Positions 1 to 17,516 of a stretch of 64,000 nucleotides of DNA are shown piece by piece. Numbering within the stretch: the stretch's first letter is position 1; each line of letters starts with the position of its first letter. The position numbers were made by a program, and so were the translations under genes. The stretch comes from the human T2T-CHM13v2.0 reference genome, Homo sapiens, in NCBI RefSeq assembly GCF_009914755.1, contig NC_060947.1; one strand, given 5' to 3'. A model generated the notes under the pieces. That model did no database searches, had not been told where the DNA came from, and was given only the letters and a program-made list of their open reading frames with translations.

Positions 1-1100
<1,100 letters not shown>

Positions 1101-1170
1101 TTAAAATTTTTTAATAAGATTTTCTCATTTAAGATACAAACTTTTTCATGATATTGATAATGAATTTTTC

Positions 1171-1474
1171 CTTTTTTTTTTTTTTTTTTTGAGACAAGGC
1201 CTGGCTCTGTCACCCAGGCTGGAGTGCAGTGATGCAAAAATGGGTCACTGCAGAATTGACCTCCTGGGCTCAAGCAATCCTCTTGCCTCAGCCTCCTCAG
1301 TAGCTGGGACCACAGGTGGGCACCACAACAACCAGCTATTTTTTTTTAATTTTTTTGTAGAGACGGGGTCTCACTTTGCTGCCCAGGCTGGTCTTGAATT
1401 CCTGGGCTCAAGCGATCCTTCCACTTTGGCCTCCCAATGTGGTGGGAATACAGGCATGAGCCACTGTGCTCAGC
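1171..1474 (-). mobile_element. Alu (J-like)
   Basis: poly-T then gagacaaggc...gagccactgtgctcagcc. Confidence 0.92.
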
Positions 1475-3162
1475 CAGTGTCTCTTTTTTTTTTTTTTTTT
1501 TTTTCTCAGTACAGACTTTGTATTTAAAATCAGACTACAAGGATTCTTAGTAAAGCATAAATCAGATAGGAGTCCTGATAATTCTAAGAAATATTTCTTC
1601 TGCTTATTTTATGTGATTTATTTAGAGTTATCATCCATAATGTTGCAAGGTGGCAGGCATTTTTAAATTTTAATTGCTGGCTTCTTCACTCATGTTATGA
1701 GTAGTTAAGAGTGGAAAACCATCCCCAGCCATTCACCGTTAATGTACATGAGTGACTATGATGTCAGAACAAAAATCAGACCTGCCTTAGTAATGTGTTT
1801 TCCCACTTGTGAAATTGGAATACGGATACTCTATTACCATGGATATCTGCTATTTAAATATGCTGAAAGATTTAAAGTGCTGTCTTGTATTTGTGGGATT
1901 TTGTAATCATGAGCAGTAAATTATCCAAGAATATAATTACAAATTGTATGTTAGGATTAATATGGATTAAAAATCATTACTATAGTTAAAAAATTTGTAT
2001 TCTGTTATGATTAAAAACTACATCTGTTTAAATCTTTCTTTTTAACAGATGCTTTAGTTACTACTAAAGTAAATATAAATGATTTATGGATTCTCTGGGA
2101 AGAAAAATGCTCACTACTTAATAAGATGAGATTTTAACCTTAGAATGAATTAGCATCTTTGCATTTTGCTTTGCTGATAATTTTCTTTGCTTTCAGTCCT
2201 TTTGTTATTAAGGATATATTTGAGTAGTCTTAAGAGTCTGAGAAATTATTTCTATTGTTGATCAGGAAAGCTTAGAAAATTTAAACAGTGAGTAATCAGC
2301 TGTCACACTTGAAACCTAGAGGTGCAATCTGAAATTACATATCAGCTGTTACAGAAATGAGCTTACTCATAAAATTCTGCTGCATTCTGCAGAAAATATG
2401 GCAGAGATTTAAGTCTCCCTATGTTTCACAATTACTGATCATAATATAAATATGCCAAATATTGCCCATGAAAAATATGGGCTGAGAGTTATTAAGTATT
2501 TATTCTGAAATATAGTATCAGTTATAAAATGGAAAATTGCTGGTCTAATAAATATACAGGAGCCCATACAATTCTCCTGTACAACCGCTAGTCTAATCCC
2601 GTATCTCCAGTTGACTACTTGACATTTCCACTTAGATGACCTTAATATTTAATACTAACCCATTATTTGATGCTGAGTCTTTGATGCAGTGTTGCAACTT
2701 CCAATTACAATGTTTCCATGGAAAAAATAGACTCTGCTTAGTGACATGTCTTACAACTTACTGAAAAATTACTATTGTCTGTCCAAAGGACACTTGTGCT
2801 TGCTTCTCCCGTTATCACTACAAACTCTTTATATCCCAAATTGCATTCCTCTCTTATTACAAACTTACCAGACAGGCAAAACTGTTCAGCATAGTTGAAA
2901 GCATTAGATTGGTGTCCTACTTTGGATTCTGCCACTAGTTGTATGACCCTCCCCAGACATCATTTTTTTCTTATACGTAAAATGAGGATGTTGGACTAGA
3001 AGATCTTTAACATCCTTTCAGTTACCTTGCTATGAAAATTGAGGTCTTTAAGTGTATCACTCTGAGTGGGTTGTATGACCTGAAATGTCACCAATTTTTT
3101 TCTGGTCTCAACATGAGACTCTTTATTACCTTATCCATTCAGTTATCAAACAGCTTTGTAAT

Positions 3163-3480
<318 letters not shown>

Positions 3481-4015
3481 TTTGTAAATTTTCATGTTAT
3501 ATTTTTCCTATCTATTCCCATTTTTCTTTCCATGTTTGCTTATTTTCATCCACGCCTAGATTACAAGAGCTTCCTATCTAATTCCAATCTTTCCTCACTC
3601 TATTTTGTCCCCATAGTGCTTTTTAGCTGATCTTCCCTAAAGACCAGTTTCATCAAGTTACTTCTTAGAAAATGTTATCGGCCTACTTCTGCATATCATA
3701 TGACGGTTTCTGGTTCTTCTGTTGAGCTTTCAAATCCCTAGCACTGATTTTCTGTGTTAATCATATTGACATATGATTAAATGATACGATATCTAGAATA
3801 TATGTCACCTCATACTATGTTTTTTTCCATCTATGACTTTACTAAATTATTCTCCTTACCTGAATGTCTTTTCCTTTTCCCCCTATCATTCTGAAACACT
3901 GCCTTGTGAAATTAACCCAGGCACTTTAGCAACATGTGACATTCTCTGAGGGATTGTGCTGCTTTTTTAAGGGTCCAAAACCATGGCAAGGGATGGAAAA
4001 AGAAAAGTATATCTC

Positions 4016-4195
4016 TTTATTGAGTGTTGCCTGTGTGCCAGGCATGTTACCACATTTAAACCACTCAACAATCCTTCGAGATTGATGATATTGACCACAT
4101 TTTACTACTAACTCTGAGGCTCAAAGAAACAAACTAACCTACACAAGGTCACACTGCTAGTGAGCAGTGGAGCTGGGATTTGAACTCTGGGATCT
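4016..4195 (-). mobile_element. MIR
   Basis: ctgaggctca...aaggtcacactgctagtgagcagtggagctgggatttgaac core. Confidence 0.75.
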
Positions 4196-4639
4196 TTTTA
4201 CTTATCCCTGAAAAAAAAATGACCAAGGTACCATTAATTACCTTTTTTACACCCCTCCCTCCCCAACAAACGCATAAAGAGAAGTAAAGGTACAAATTTA
4301 AGTGCCTGGCAGATATTCTCCAAGATTTAGGTGAATTTTTTTTATTATATTTTGAAAGTATAGGTATTTCAAGAGTTCTTCCGTTTACCTCATTTATCAA
4401 AGGAACTTGATGTAGGGGAGGCCTTTTGTCTGATAAGAAGTATCTCTTTTTTTTTTTTAGGGGCCACAGGGAGATTTCTGATGTGATTTGAAGTCAAAGA
4501 GAAAATAGCACGCATTTTCTTTTTTGCAATTAAAGGCTGAAAAAGAGATGGTATTCATATGTGCATTCAGCAATCATCCTTTCATAACACCACCTAGATA
4601 ACAATTAGGGTCAAGGGTGAACAGTTCAAGCAGTGTTAG

Positions 4640-4972
<333 letters not shown>

Positions 4973-5967
4973 TAAAAGAAGTTATACAGATTGTTGGTAG
5001 TCACTTATGTACTTGGACTTGTCAATAACTGTCATAGTGAAAATGTGGTTTTTAAGAGTAGTAGCTACTTATGGGGGTGTAGAAAGAATGGCCTCTCTCT
5101 TAGACAATTTCATTTTAAACATCATAGTCATCTTTTGCATAGTGATTGACTCCTATCTTTGTGGTTTCATGTATTTCTTTGTGATTGATTCCCCAGTGCC
5201 TGCCTGCAGTCCATTGCAACTCTCCCAAACTTTAATCCTGCAGCTTCAGCCCACTGCTAGATATTTCCATTGATGACCTGTCATCTGAAACCTAGCATTC
5301 ATCATGTGCTGTGTTGTATAATTGTATGTCTGTGTTATTGTATTACTTTCCCAAGTAAAGTTTTTGTGTAAGGACTTAACACTGCTTTGAATCCCCTGTA
5401 CCTATTATACTGCTGTGTACAAAGTAGGAGTTCAAATACATGTGATCACAATAGTCTTCATGACTAAAGTAGCTCTTCGCTTTTTTGGTAACCGCAGAAG
5501 CCTAGAAATCATCCAGAGTTCAGATACAGTTGCAAGCTCTATAGAACCAAAACACAGCAAAAAGGTACTGTTTTATACCTTGTAAAAATGAAGTCAGTAT
5601 ATTTGAAAATTGTCATTTGCTCCTTGTAGAAGAAAAGACTTTACCTTTTTGATGAATGACTTAAATATATTTATTTAAAATTAAATCCATTCTAACTTTT
5701 GGAGGTAATGGATATATTTATAACCTTGGTCATGGCGGTGACCATGCATATACTTGAGTATATGCATATGTGCAAAAGTATACATAAATATATATAAAAT
5801 TATAGCATGTATTTTTGCTGTTTGTCTTAAATTGATTTTCTGTATGTTAGGCTTGCTTTTATTCCTCCTTTGTCTACACTTTGTCTTCTATGATTTTTTT
5901 CTAATTTTTCTCTTGTAATACTTCTGGTTCTTAAAGTGTTTTACTTTATTTTAACAGCATATTTAAA

Positions 5968-6400
5968 ATTATTTTATTATTTATTTATTTTTTGAGACTG
6001 AGTCTTACTCTGTCGTCCAGGCTGGTATGCAGTGGCACAAACACGTCTCATTGCAGCCTCAACCTCCCAGGTTCAAGCGATCCTCACATCTCAGACCACA
6101 GGCATGTGTCACCACACCCAACTAATTTTTTTTCCTTTCTTTTTTTTTTTAATAGAGATGAGGTCTCGCTATGTTGGACAGGCTGCTCTGGAACTCCTGG
6201 GCCCAGGCGATCCTCCCACCTCAGCCTTGCAAAATGCTGGAATTACAGGCATGATAATTTTTTTTTTTTTTTTTTTTTTTTAGAGAGACGGGGTCTCGCC
6301 ACATTGCCTAGGCTGGTCTTGAACTCCTAGGCTCAAGCAGTCCTCCTGCCTCTGCCTCACAAAGTGCTGAGATTACAGGCGTGAGCTACTTTGCCCGGCC
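5968..6400 (-). mobile_element. Alu J-like (5968-6252) plus extra left monomer (6257-6400)
   Basis: Two successive antisense left arms separated by poly-T. Confidence 0.88.
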
Positions 6401-6802
6401 TTAATTTATTTTAATTGTCTTGAGGTCACTAATACAGACTTGAGGTCAAAGACCAAGATGTATTTGTCTTTATATTGACAATATGTTTAGCACAGTCTCT
6501 GGCAAAAAGCCAGTTAGTGGCACATCATTCAGGTCTCCCCAGATGGAGACCAGTGCTTCTTTTTCATTACAGTGTGGAGGCCCTAGTCATATTCTCATTA
6601 TACATTAAAAACTTTAATGATGATTGACTCTTCGGTTACCATTTTAATAAGTCTTGATTATGAGTCTAAGCTTTTCAAAAACATCTTTCATTGAATAACT
6701 ATATGCAAAGAATATATATTTATATACTTATGTTGCTGCTTTGTATAAAATAGGCATGGATCAGAATTAATGTCCTCTGATTCTATATTTGCCATTAGTC
6801 TT

Positions 6803-7206
<404 letters not shown>

Positions 7207-7214
7207 TAGTCTGA

Positions 7215-7457
<243 letters not shown>

Positions 7458-7653
7458 TAAAGCTCAGTTTATTGCCTGTTTAAAGCTACTGGGGAAATGT
7501 GGATTGCTTAGTAAATCTGAATTTGAGCTTTAACGGTTTTTCAGGGAACAAATATAACCTTAAGTGCTTCTGCTATGTAAACACATTATAATTGACATAA
7601 TAAAGGATCAGAAGTTTTAGCAATGATCTTATTGTAATTTTTTCATCACATAG

Positions 7654-7866
<213 letters not shown>

Positions 7867-8209
7867 TAAAATGTAGACTAAAATAATCATGTGTAAATAC
7901 ATAGATAATTAAGGCCAAAATCACTGCTGCGAAAGGTAATATTAGAAAAAATGATGGCACATTGATTTAAGAGGTTTTATGTACATCTCACCTGCCAGTA
8001 CCTTTCTGGGATCAATGTGAATCTAGAACCTGCTTTTCAGTTGTATAGGATTTGAAATTTAATGTCACCATTTACGGAGTGGTTAGGTTAAGGTATAGAT
8101 TTATTCTAACTCAGTTTACAGGAGACTAATTGACAATCAAAATACTAATTAATGAGAGCTATTCTTTGATAAACAGCTGAGGGATTTGAGTAGTTTTATG
8201 CAGTAATAA

Positions 8210-8575
<366 letters not shown>

Positions 8576-9134
8576 TCTGGTATCTTCTAAATACAATTTT
8601 TGCTGTTCTTTTTCTGGTACGTAGCTGAGTGAATACTTACGTTCTTATGTTCTACTTTTGATTTGTTTCTTTGTTTTGCATTTATCATTATTTATGAAAA
8701 ATTTCTCTTATTTCAGTATTTCTCCCAGCAGACATACTATAATTTTCTACATTCCAGCAAATTTTTCATTAGTATGATAAATTGATGTCTTGCATTTGAA
8801 GACAGGTATTGTTGGCCCCTAGCTAAGATTTAGGAAACAACCTAATCTTAGATAAAATCAGCAGCTTACTTAAATTGTCTTAAGTGGAGACTTTTAACAA
8901 ATGCCTAATCTCATCTATTTTATTTTATTGTTAGTTTGTATTTTGAATGCCATTTTTTTACAGTCCTAAATTTCTGAAGGCGAGTAGCCTTCCATTTACT
9001 GATTATATTTTATGTGCTTTTAAAATCCAGCTCTATAACGTGTTTTCTAGCTTTTTGAGCATTTATTTTCTAGTACTTATTTCTAAATTTAGCCTTTCTA
9101 TTCTACCTTACGTATGCATCTGCAGCACTTTTGA

Positions 9135-9578
<444 letters not shown>

Positions 9579-10799
9579 TAAAATGATCCTGCTGTCTAGT
9601 TGCCTGTGGGTTTTGGTCTTAATTGAACAAGCAGGATGCTCTGCTGTTGAACAAAGCACTCTAGGCTGAGTGCTTTGAAATGCTGTTTTGACCCACAACC
9701 ATATTGCATTCAATCTTACCTGATTTTTGTGTATGTTTTAAGTAAGATAAATTGGTGGAAATAATGAGTTATTCTCAAGATTGCAATATTGACTGCAACT
9801 CACTACTGAGCGAATCTCACTACGTTGCTGATGTTGCTGTCTATTAGCTCCTAAGAATGTTGTGTATGTCTTTTGTGTGTGTTAAATGTTTTCTTAATGT
9901 TTTAATCTTAAATGTTTCTTCTTAGCTAATTTAAAAATCTAATACTTTCTATAATTTCTGTCTACTCTTTTCACAGTTGAGAAAGTTCTGTATAATATTG
10001 TCGGGCACTTAAAAAAAAAAAAGAAGGTATAAGTATATTTAGAATGGTCCTGTGGCTTAGCAGGGGAGTTTGATTCCTTGCAATGGCAAGAATCTGGAGC
10101 CAGTTTAAAGATGATAAGAGAATCTCTCTAACTCTTTAGTGACCCAGTGGTGACTTGAAGATACACAATGATTCTTTCCCTGGTTCTTAGGGAAGTAGCA
10201 GAAACATAGCCAGTTTTGTTGCTAAGGAATTTCTCTAGATATGTGGTCATTCCTTTTTATTATCAGTTCACCGGTGACAAGGATGGGAGTATCCACTGAG
10301 TTTCTGATGGATTTTTAAGATGGTATTCGCCTACTACAAAAAAGGCATGATTTTTTTTTTACCTGCCATTGTAAGATTGCTAGTGTTTTTGGATGAAAGG
10401 CACCTGAGAATCATAAGTATTAGAGATTTGGGCAATGTTCTCCACAGTTGTATTCAGTATTGTCGCCTAGTATTAATTATGTGTTCATTATGCATTTGTA
10501 CCAATGTACCTTAATGGAATTTAAAAAAGAAGTCTTTGAAGTGACTTTTTATCTATCACTAGCCAAAATGATCGTCTCAACTCTTCCTAATCAGAAGAGT
10601 CACTGGTCAAATACCACAAAATTGGAATCTTAATCATTTTTAAGCCTAAGCCAGTGGCTCACTTATTGGAACAAGGATCATACTACAGAAGGATTTGAAC
10701 AGCTCTTAAAGTTAGAAAATAGAGAATTTGATCCACAAAACATTTTGGGGTGGATATGCCAAAAACTAAACCAAACTGATTTAGAAATTTTTATTTTGA

Positions 10800-10973
<174 letters not shown>

Positions 10974-13900
10974 TAAGGGTGAATTTATCAACGTTCTTTG
11001 TGAGCATTAAAATACTCCATCCTTATGGGTTTACATGCATCTTGACCAAAATTTTGGTTAGGGCTGTGCTGATGTACCATTAATAATTTAAGCCAGTGGT
11101 TCTTGGCAGGTGATCCCAAGACCTGCAGCTTCAGCATCACTTGAGAAGTTGTTAGGAATGCATACTAGTGGGCCCCGCCCCCAGACATAGTGAATCAGAA
11201 ACCAACAGGGAGGCGCCTAGCATTGTTTTTTTAACAAGTGCTGGGTTATTCTGATGCACAGTCTAGTTTAAGAACCACTACTTTGGGTAAACGTTTTGAC
11301 TGTTTAAAGTTTATGGCGGTGAAGTGGGCGTCTTCAAAGACTAGTACTTACACAGTTTAGAAGATTTCAAGGTACTGCTGACAGTAGTTTATTATGTCAG
11401 TATACATACATGTGTAGAGATCATAATTTAGTTCCCTTCTTAATGTTACAATTTCTTAGTTTACTTTTCCTAAAGGGCCATAGCATAATTCTTGATTCCT
11501 GGTGGAAATCTTTTCTGAGGTGTGGGGGTGGGCAAGGTGTGGATTGCTGTTTACGATAGTGCCTTCATTAGTTTTAGTTCTGTCTGTTTTCATTCATTAT
11601 TGACTCAAAGGTATTAGAACAGGCCCTTATCTTTTTCCTATTAGATTTATTTTTGTTTTTTACTTTATGTAAGTTCAGAATCCTTTTTTAAGTGATGACT
11701 ACTGATGAAATAATGTTACTAGTAGCTGAATTTTAGACTTGATGCTATGTTGATTAATATTTAAATGGTGAAAGTAATTAGGCAAAATAAGCAATTCTGC
11801 TTTTCTGTTGCTTTCAGAATTTTTAGGCTGTAAAATTGTCTCAGGCAGGAAGTCAGTCTATATCTCTCTCAAGTTCTTATTGTAGGTCATTTTTTTTTCA
11901 GCACAGCTCTAATTTTTAAATATTTGGTATAACAGCTTCTGGCATGTGACCTAGTTAATGTTGAAAATTAACTGATGAAAACCCTTGTAGATCTGCTAAA
12001 CTTCTCTATAAATTGCTAGAAATATACAGAGCAATGAGATATAGAAAACACCTTAGCTTGTTGGTTATTAATAGAGCTCTAATTTTAACTGTGAAATCAT
12101 GGAGTTTCTTTAAATGTTTTCCTAGAGTGTTTGTTATCATGAACATTAGAAATAGCATTATTCCTTTTCTTCTACCACATGTCTTGAACATTCACATGGG
12201 TTAAAGAAGATGGAAACTGATACTACTGACAATCAAGCTGCTTTCTGACTTTCATAATTTTCTTTATATTGTGGATAGCATTTTGAAGGTGACCGTGATT
12301 CTGTAGGAAGAGCTGTAATCAATATTTTTCAAACTCTAAGAGTACAGAGGTTAGTAAGATTTCTTTTTTTTTTACTTTTTGTTACGTCAAGTAGCTTATT
12401 AAGAAAAAGATTCATGACTTAAATTCTTAATTCTCAGTTGATACAAAGGCTTATAATCATGTGTTTTAAAATTTTGATTTCATTTTCGTTCCTTGAAGGT
12501 TAAAGAATGGAAACTGGGGATAAAAATTAATACACTGCAGCTTTGCCAAGGTCTGTGATATGGTTGTAACCTTTTAAAGACTACTAAAGTCATAATTTGA
12601 AATTTTTACTAAAATAAAACATATGTGTCTATGGTTTTCAATTGGAGTAGTCTTTCTTACTTTCCCCCTTCCCCTCTTTGGTTCTCCTAACCAGCTTAGA
12701 GGACCCAAAGAGAGCTTAGGGATAGACACCAGAATACTCTGTGGAGGTGGAACAACTTAACCTCACTGTTTTCCCTTCCAAGTATAGGAAGAGCAAATAG
12801 AGCATAGTAACTGTATCTAAATTCTCTACCTGCTCTTAGCAAAAGCAAAATCCCACAGAATGATTGCCTGCTGTCTTTACCTATTCTTCAAGGAAAACAG
12901 GCCACTTTTGGAGACCATAGAGCACCATTTATCTGTCAAATACTTGGAAACTATTTACTTAACGGTCATCAGTAAAAAACCCTAAACAAGGTCATGATAT
13001 AATTTAAGACCAATTCCCCTACTCTCCCAATAATCACATAGTCTTATTACTTTCAATTTAACTTGAGTCACTATTAAGCAAGTTTACCAAAGTGCCACAA
13101 AGTTGATTTTTAACGTTTGTAAAGGTTTGAATGTTTATAGAAGTGCATCATGAAATTTTGTGTAAATCCAGATGAACTGTCATTATAGTACTATAAATTA
13201 GAGATAGTCCATAAAGTTGGGTTGAAGGAGATTGAAAATATTTCCTTTGATTAAAAGAAAATAATTAACTAACTTGGGCTTGCTTGTGATTGAAGAGGGA
13301 GATTAGATAGTCCTCTGTCCCCCCAAAAAAGAAACTAGCAGAGAAAGACATAAAAAGCTCTTTGGTGTCTGTTCATGTGCTGTACATTTTTTCCGTTTTA
13401 ATGTCTTGTGTAGATAATTCAAAGTTTGAACTATTTCTTTCTTGGAATAAGTAATAATTTATTCAATATGGTGTATCTCTGAGTTCAATTTAAAACAATC
13501 CAACTCAGTAATATTTATTTTTAAATACAAATCCTAACTAACCAATTAATTAATAAAAAGGCAAGACTTACTTGCTGTAGTATTGGTTCTCATCTGTAGA
13601 GAACTGACATTGGAGCAAATTTTAAGTCTCCCCTTTGAAAATAAGCCTTGTTAACTGAGGGCGTAATACATTTCCCACAGATTTATCCAGAAACATTTTA
13701 TTAGAGATCTTATAGTAGTATCTCAGTTCCTACTACAGCTTTCTAAAGGATGAGACTTGCATTTAACAAAATGACATATATAATATTTTTCTATAGTTTT
13801 GCAACTGAATTAAAGGAAGGTGATGTATTATAATGTGTAGTGAGGTATAAAGGGCTAGTTCATTCTCTCCCAACAAGAACTTAGAATAAAATAACACTTT

Positions 13901-16900
13901 TTTTTCATGAGACTTACCTCATTTTTGTTAGGCTATGGCAGTTTTGTCCAGTTCCTCTGTCCCTTGAGTGAATTAGATATTGGTGAATTAATCTCAGAAA
14001 CTGACCTATAAAATAATGACTCATTATAGATTGGGTGAACTTCTCATTTTATTTAGCTTTTAAAAGTGCTAAATCCTCTCATAAAGGAAAAATTATAGGA
14101 AACTATAGCGGTATCCAGATTCTGATGAGCTTTAAAAATTATAAAATATAGCAAATGTCTTCATATTTTAGCCAGAAATATTAGTACACAACCAATATAG
14201 AAGTCTTGTTTGTTTCTGGGTTCTCCAGCAGAGACTTTTTGTTTGTGGCTTACTCTGTATAGCCTCATGTGCCTTAAAGGTGGTGAACTCTAGTTTTTGT
14301 CAATATCAGGCTTTTCAAAACTCAAAAACAATCCAAATGTTGTAATTTGTTTTGCATAATGCCCATGGAATTGGATATCAGTAAGCAAAGCCATTAAATC
14401 GAACCAATCAATGCTAATAGAGTATAAAAACAAAAACCTTCAAATTTTAAGTTTCATTTGTGTAACTTTATTTTCGGCCTAGCTAGATCATTGAAGAGCC
14501 TTGAAAGTTATCTAAAGTATGGCTTAATGTATTTTTTTCCCTCTGAAAAAGATCATATGCCAGGATACTTCTTCAAACCAGATCACTTTTAATATCTAGA
14601 AAGATAATTTTCAAGGTATAGGCAAAAGCACTTCAAGGACAGAGATTATGTAGCAAGTTGATTCTCTAGGAATTCTTTGAACTCATTTGTGTAATAGCTG
14701 GAACACACTCCTCTTCTTTCCTTTAACAAATGAACTTTTAGCACTTCTGTCTTCAAGGAAAAACATTTGTTTGGAATTGGTGGAGGGTACTCGCAGTCCG
14801 TTTATAGTTTGGGACAATTAATAGGAAAATCCCCAGTTGCATTCAAATAATAGTGTTGATGTTGAGGGCACTGACTCATTCAGCATGTCTGAACTAGAAG
14901 TAAATTTAATTCTGAAAGGACTGTTAGTTAGGAAATAAGTATTTGTATACATATGTACTGTGGTAACTTTGGATTCATTTTAAGTCTGATAAAGTAAGAT
15001 AAACTTTGTCTTAAAAATAAAATTATGCTAAGTGAATAAAAACTGAGATATTTTAAGCTAGGCATCTTTGTTAGCATAGTATCCGGAACATAACTACTTA
15101 TAATGCTTAGGTCTTATTTCTTTGGAAAATAAGTTACTTATTCCAGAAGCCTTAGAAGGAATTCTGAAAATTCTTCTAACTGGCCATTAAGAGTAAGGAA
15201 GTTGAATGGTACTGCTGAAGATCTGAGTTGACTCACTGAAATTTTATTTTCTTATTTTTTTAACATTAAAATTATTTCTTTTTGGCTCTCCCTCTAGTTA
15301 TTTTTTAAATTAAGGTAATTACTGTTTTAACCTAGAGCATATAATGGCAAATTAAATTTTAATTTGACACTCATACCGAACTCAGAAAAGCTTGTTTGAT
15401 CTTCTCTAAATTCTGTATGTAGTACTTTTTTTAATTGTCACATTTCTTTGTTACATCTTTGTGTCCAACAAAACCTGTGGAAATCTGTGTTCATTTTTGT
15501 GGTGAGGGATGGGGGTGAAAAAGGGGAGACTTGCTCTAATTATGCATATACATTTGACTATGTAAAGGTAGTTGTAGACTATATGTATAAATAACAAGTT
15601 AACACTTAATATTCTAAATTGTTCTAAGGAACAGTGGCCTGAAGCCATGACTAGTTTTGTGGAGCTGCTGGCTCTTTTAACAGTAGCTGACCTATTGGAT
15701 TTAAACTGAGACTGAAATTGACATTTGTGGTTAGGTTATCTAGCTGAGGCTTTTAACAATGGAGCAGATAATGTCTGTTCCTGTAGTGGATCCATTTAAT
15801 TTCCTATTTGAGTACTCTCACTTAACAAGTATTATCTATTCTGAACCTTTGTGTTGGGAATTTAAGGACTATTGTCAAAGGCTATTAATGGTAAACAAGT
15901 ATATGCAAAACAATTCACATATGGGTAAAAATTTCAAATTGTGGGTTTTTGTTTTTGCTTTTTAGTTTCAAAGATTAGTTATGTAGCAGCAATATCATAA
16001 CCAAAGCAAGTAGGAAGTTGACTGGTTTGGAGAATCTTCAAGTAGTTTTAAATACTGTAATGTATCAGATTGTTAACCAGGATTTTTTTTTCCTGTATTA
16101 CTGCTAAATATATTACTATATTAATGCACTTTTGTATATATAACTGTCTTCTGTACATTCTGTACTTACTACAGTGTATATAAAGCCTGTTTTCCCTGAA
16201 GCTGTGAGGGAATAACAATAGTTGTATCATAAGTCGTTTCTATTTTGAGTTCCTTCTTGTACTTGAAAGTAGTTCAGTAGTGAAATCTAAATGAGTGTGT
16301 ATGGTTGTAATTAAAACTGGCAATGTGGCAGAGCTGTCTTTTGAAACTGAATACCAGAATGAAAAGTGTTGTTTTGGTTAAGAACTCTTATAATATATTA
16401 TTTCTTTTGATGTACCCTGAGTTGTTACACAGCCCACTCACTGCTGCTTACTACTTTATACTTCTGAGTCAGCTCCTTTCATGCTCTATCCCAGAATATT
16501 TACCAACAGAGGAGAACTGCTCCCTTTTCTGTTTCTCACAGTTTGGTTATGGCTTTATAAACTTTTATTTGGTGAAAGCCCCAGATACCCAAATGTCATT
16601 GGCAAAACTTATTTTTTTTTCTGGACAGATCAGATTTCTAGAGAGAGCAGATTTCTAGAGAGATTAGCATTCATAGTAAGTGAAAATTGTCTAATTTTTT
16701 TAATCCATGCTATTACTGGGCAGTAGGTCTAATTTTTTTTGACAAAAAATAGATCTATTTTCCTTATATATTGATTTAGAATCTTAAGTTAGAATTTTAT
16801 AGAAGAAATGTCTGAGCAGTTCTATGTATGGAGGAGCAATTCAGCTTTTCAGCAGCAACTTTATCTTTTGCCACTAGAGGGAGATCTGTGGTTGCTTTCT

Positions 16901-17098
16901 CCTTTGGAGAATAGCTGCTTTGCTTTTATTTTTAATTTCTAAGGTTGGAATAGAACTTATTCTCAAAATTCCTTTAGTGTTATTAAATATTTTCATTTAT
17001 TAGTCAAAGGTAAGTTAATTAAGCTTGTTTAATGATGCCAATCTTATGCTTTTCTGTAATCTTCAATTTTTAATAAATGTGAGTTAGATACTAAGTGA
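10974..17098 (+). other. FAM199X: FAM199X long 3' UTR (~6.1 kb)
   Basis: AT-rich, Alu-free stretch from stop codon to distal poly(A) signal; cleavage position approximate. Confidence 0.8.
11093..11281. mobile_element. MER5A-like hAT-Charlie element within the 3' UTR
   Basis: cagtggttct...cagcatcacttgagaagttgttag...gaatcagaaac...agaaccact. Confidence 0.7.
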
Positions 17099-17120
17099 AA
17101 TGTGCGTGTGTGTGTTTCTT
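17072..17120 (+). terminator. Distal polyadenylation signal with GU-rich downstream element
   Basis: AATAAA 17072-17077 with TGTA just upstream; TGTGCGTGTGTGTGTTTCTT at 17101-17120; repeats resume immediately after. Confidence 0.8.
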
Positions 17121-17141
17121 CTCTTAGGTACTCTAGAGCTC

Positions 17142-17216
17142 CATATGTGGCTAGTGACTACCATAATGGGCAGTGCATAATGTACTATCCATTATGGTAG
17201 TCACTAGCCACATATG
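17142..17216. repeat. Perfect 28-bp inverted repeat, 19-nt partly paired loop
   Basis: catatgtggctagtgactaccataatgg (17142-17169) / ccattatggtagtcactagccacatatg (17189-17216). Confidence 0.95.
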
Positions 17217-17388
17217 TCTATTTAAATGAATTAAAGTTAAGTAAAATTTAAAATGTAGTTCTTTAGTCTCCTTAGCAATTCTTCAAGTATCCAGTAGCTA
17301 CCATGTGGCTACAGGCTATTTACTGTATTGAAAAGCATGAGATGTAGAACATTTCCATCATCACAGAAAGTTCTGTTGGACAGTGCTG
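17180..17388 (-). mobile_element. MER3-like hAT-Charlie element
   Basis: gaacatttccatcatcacagaaagttctgttggacagtgctg end; 8-bp ctctagag at 17131-17138 and 17389-17396. Confidence 0.8.
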
Positions 17389-17516
17389 CTCTAGAGATTT
17401 GCTGGTTTATGTAGTGATCATTATCATCATTTTATCAGTGAACAGTAATTAGTGGCTAAAAAACTGCTGCCCACAGTTAACTGTTGTAGGTGATTGGTGT
17501 GAGAGGGAGATTAAAC

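Noticed and set aside
5007-5273. 88-aa ATG-initiated hydrophobic intronic ORF
   Set aside because: Hydrophobicity follows from T-rich composition; runs toward an L2-like remnant; no recognisable homology or splice context.
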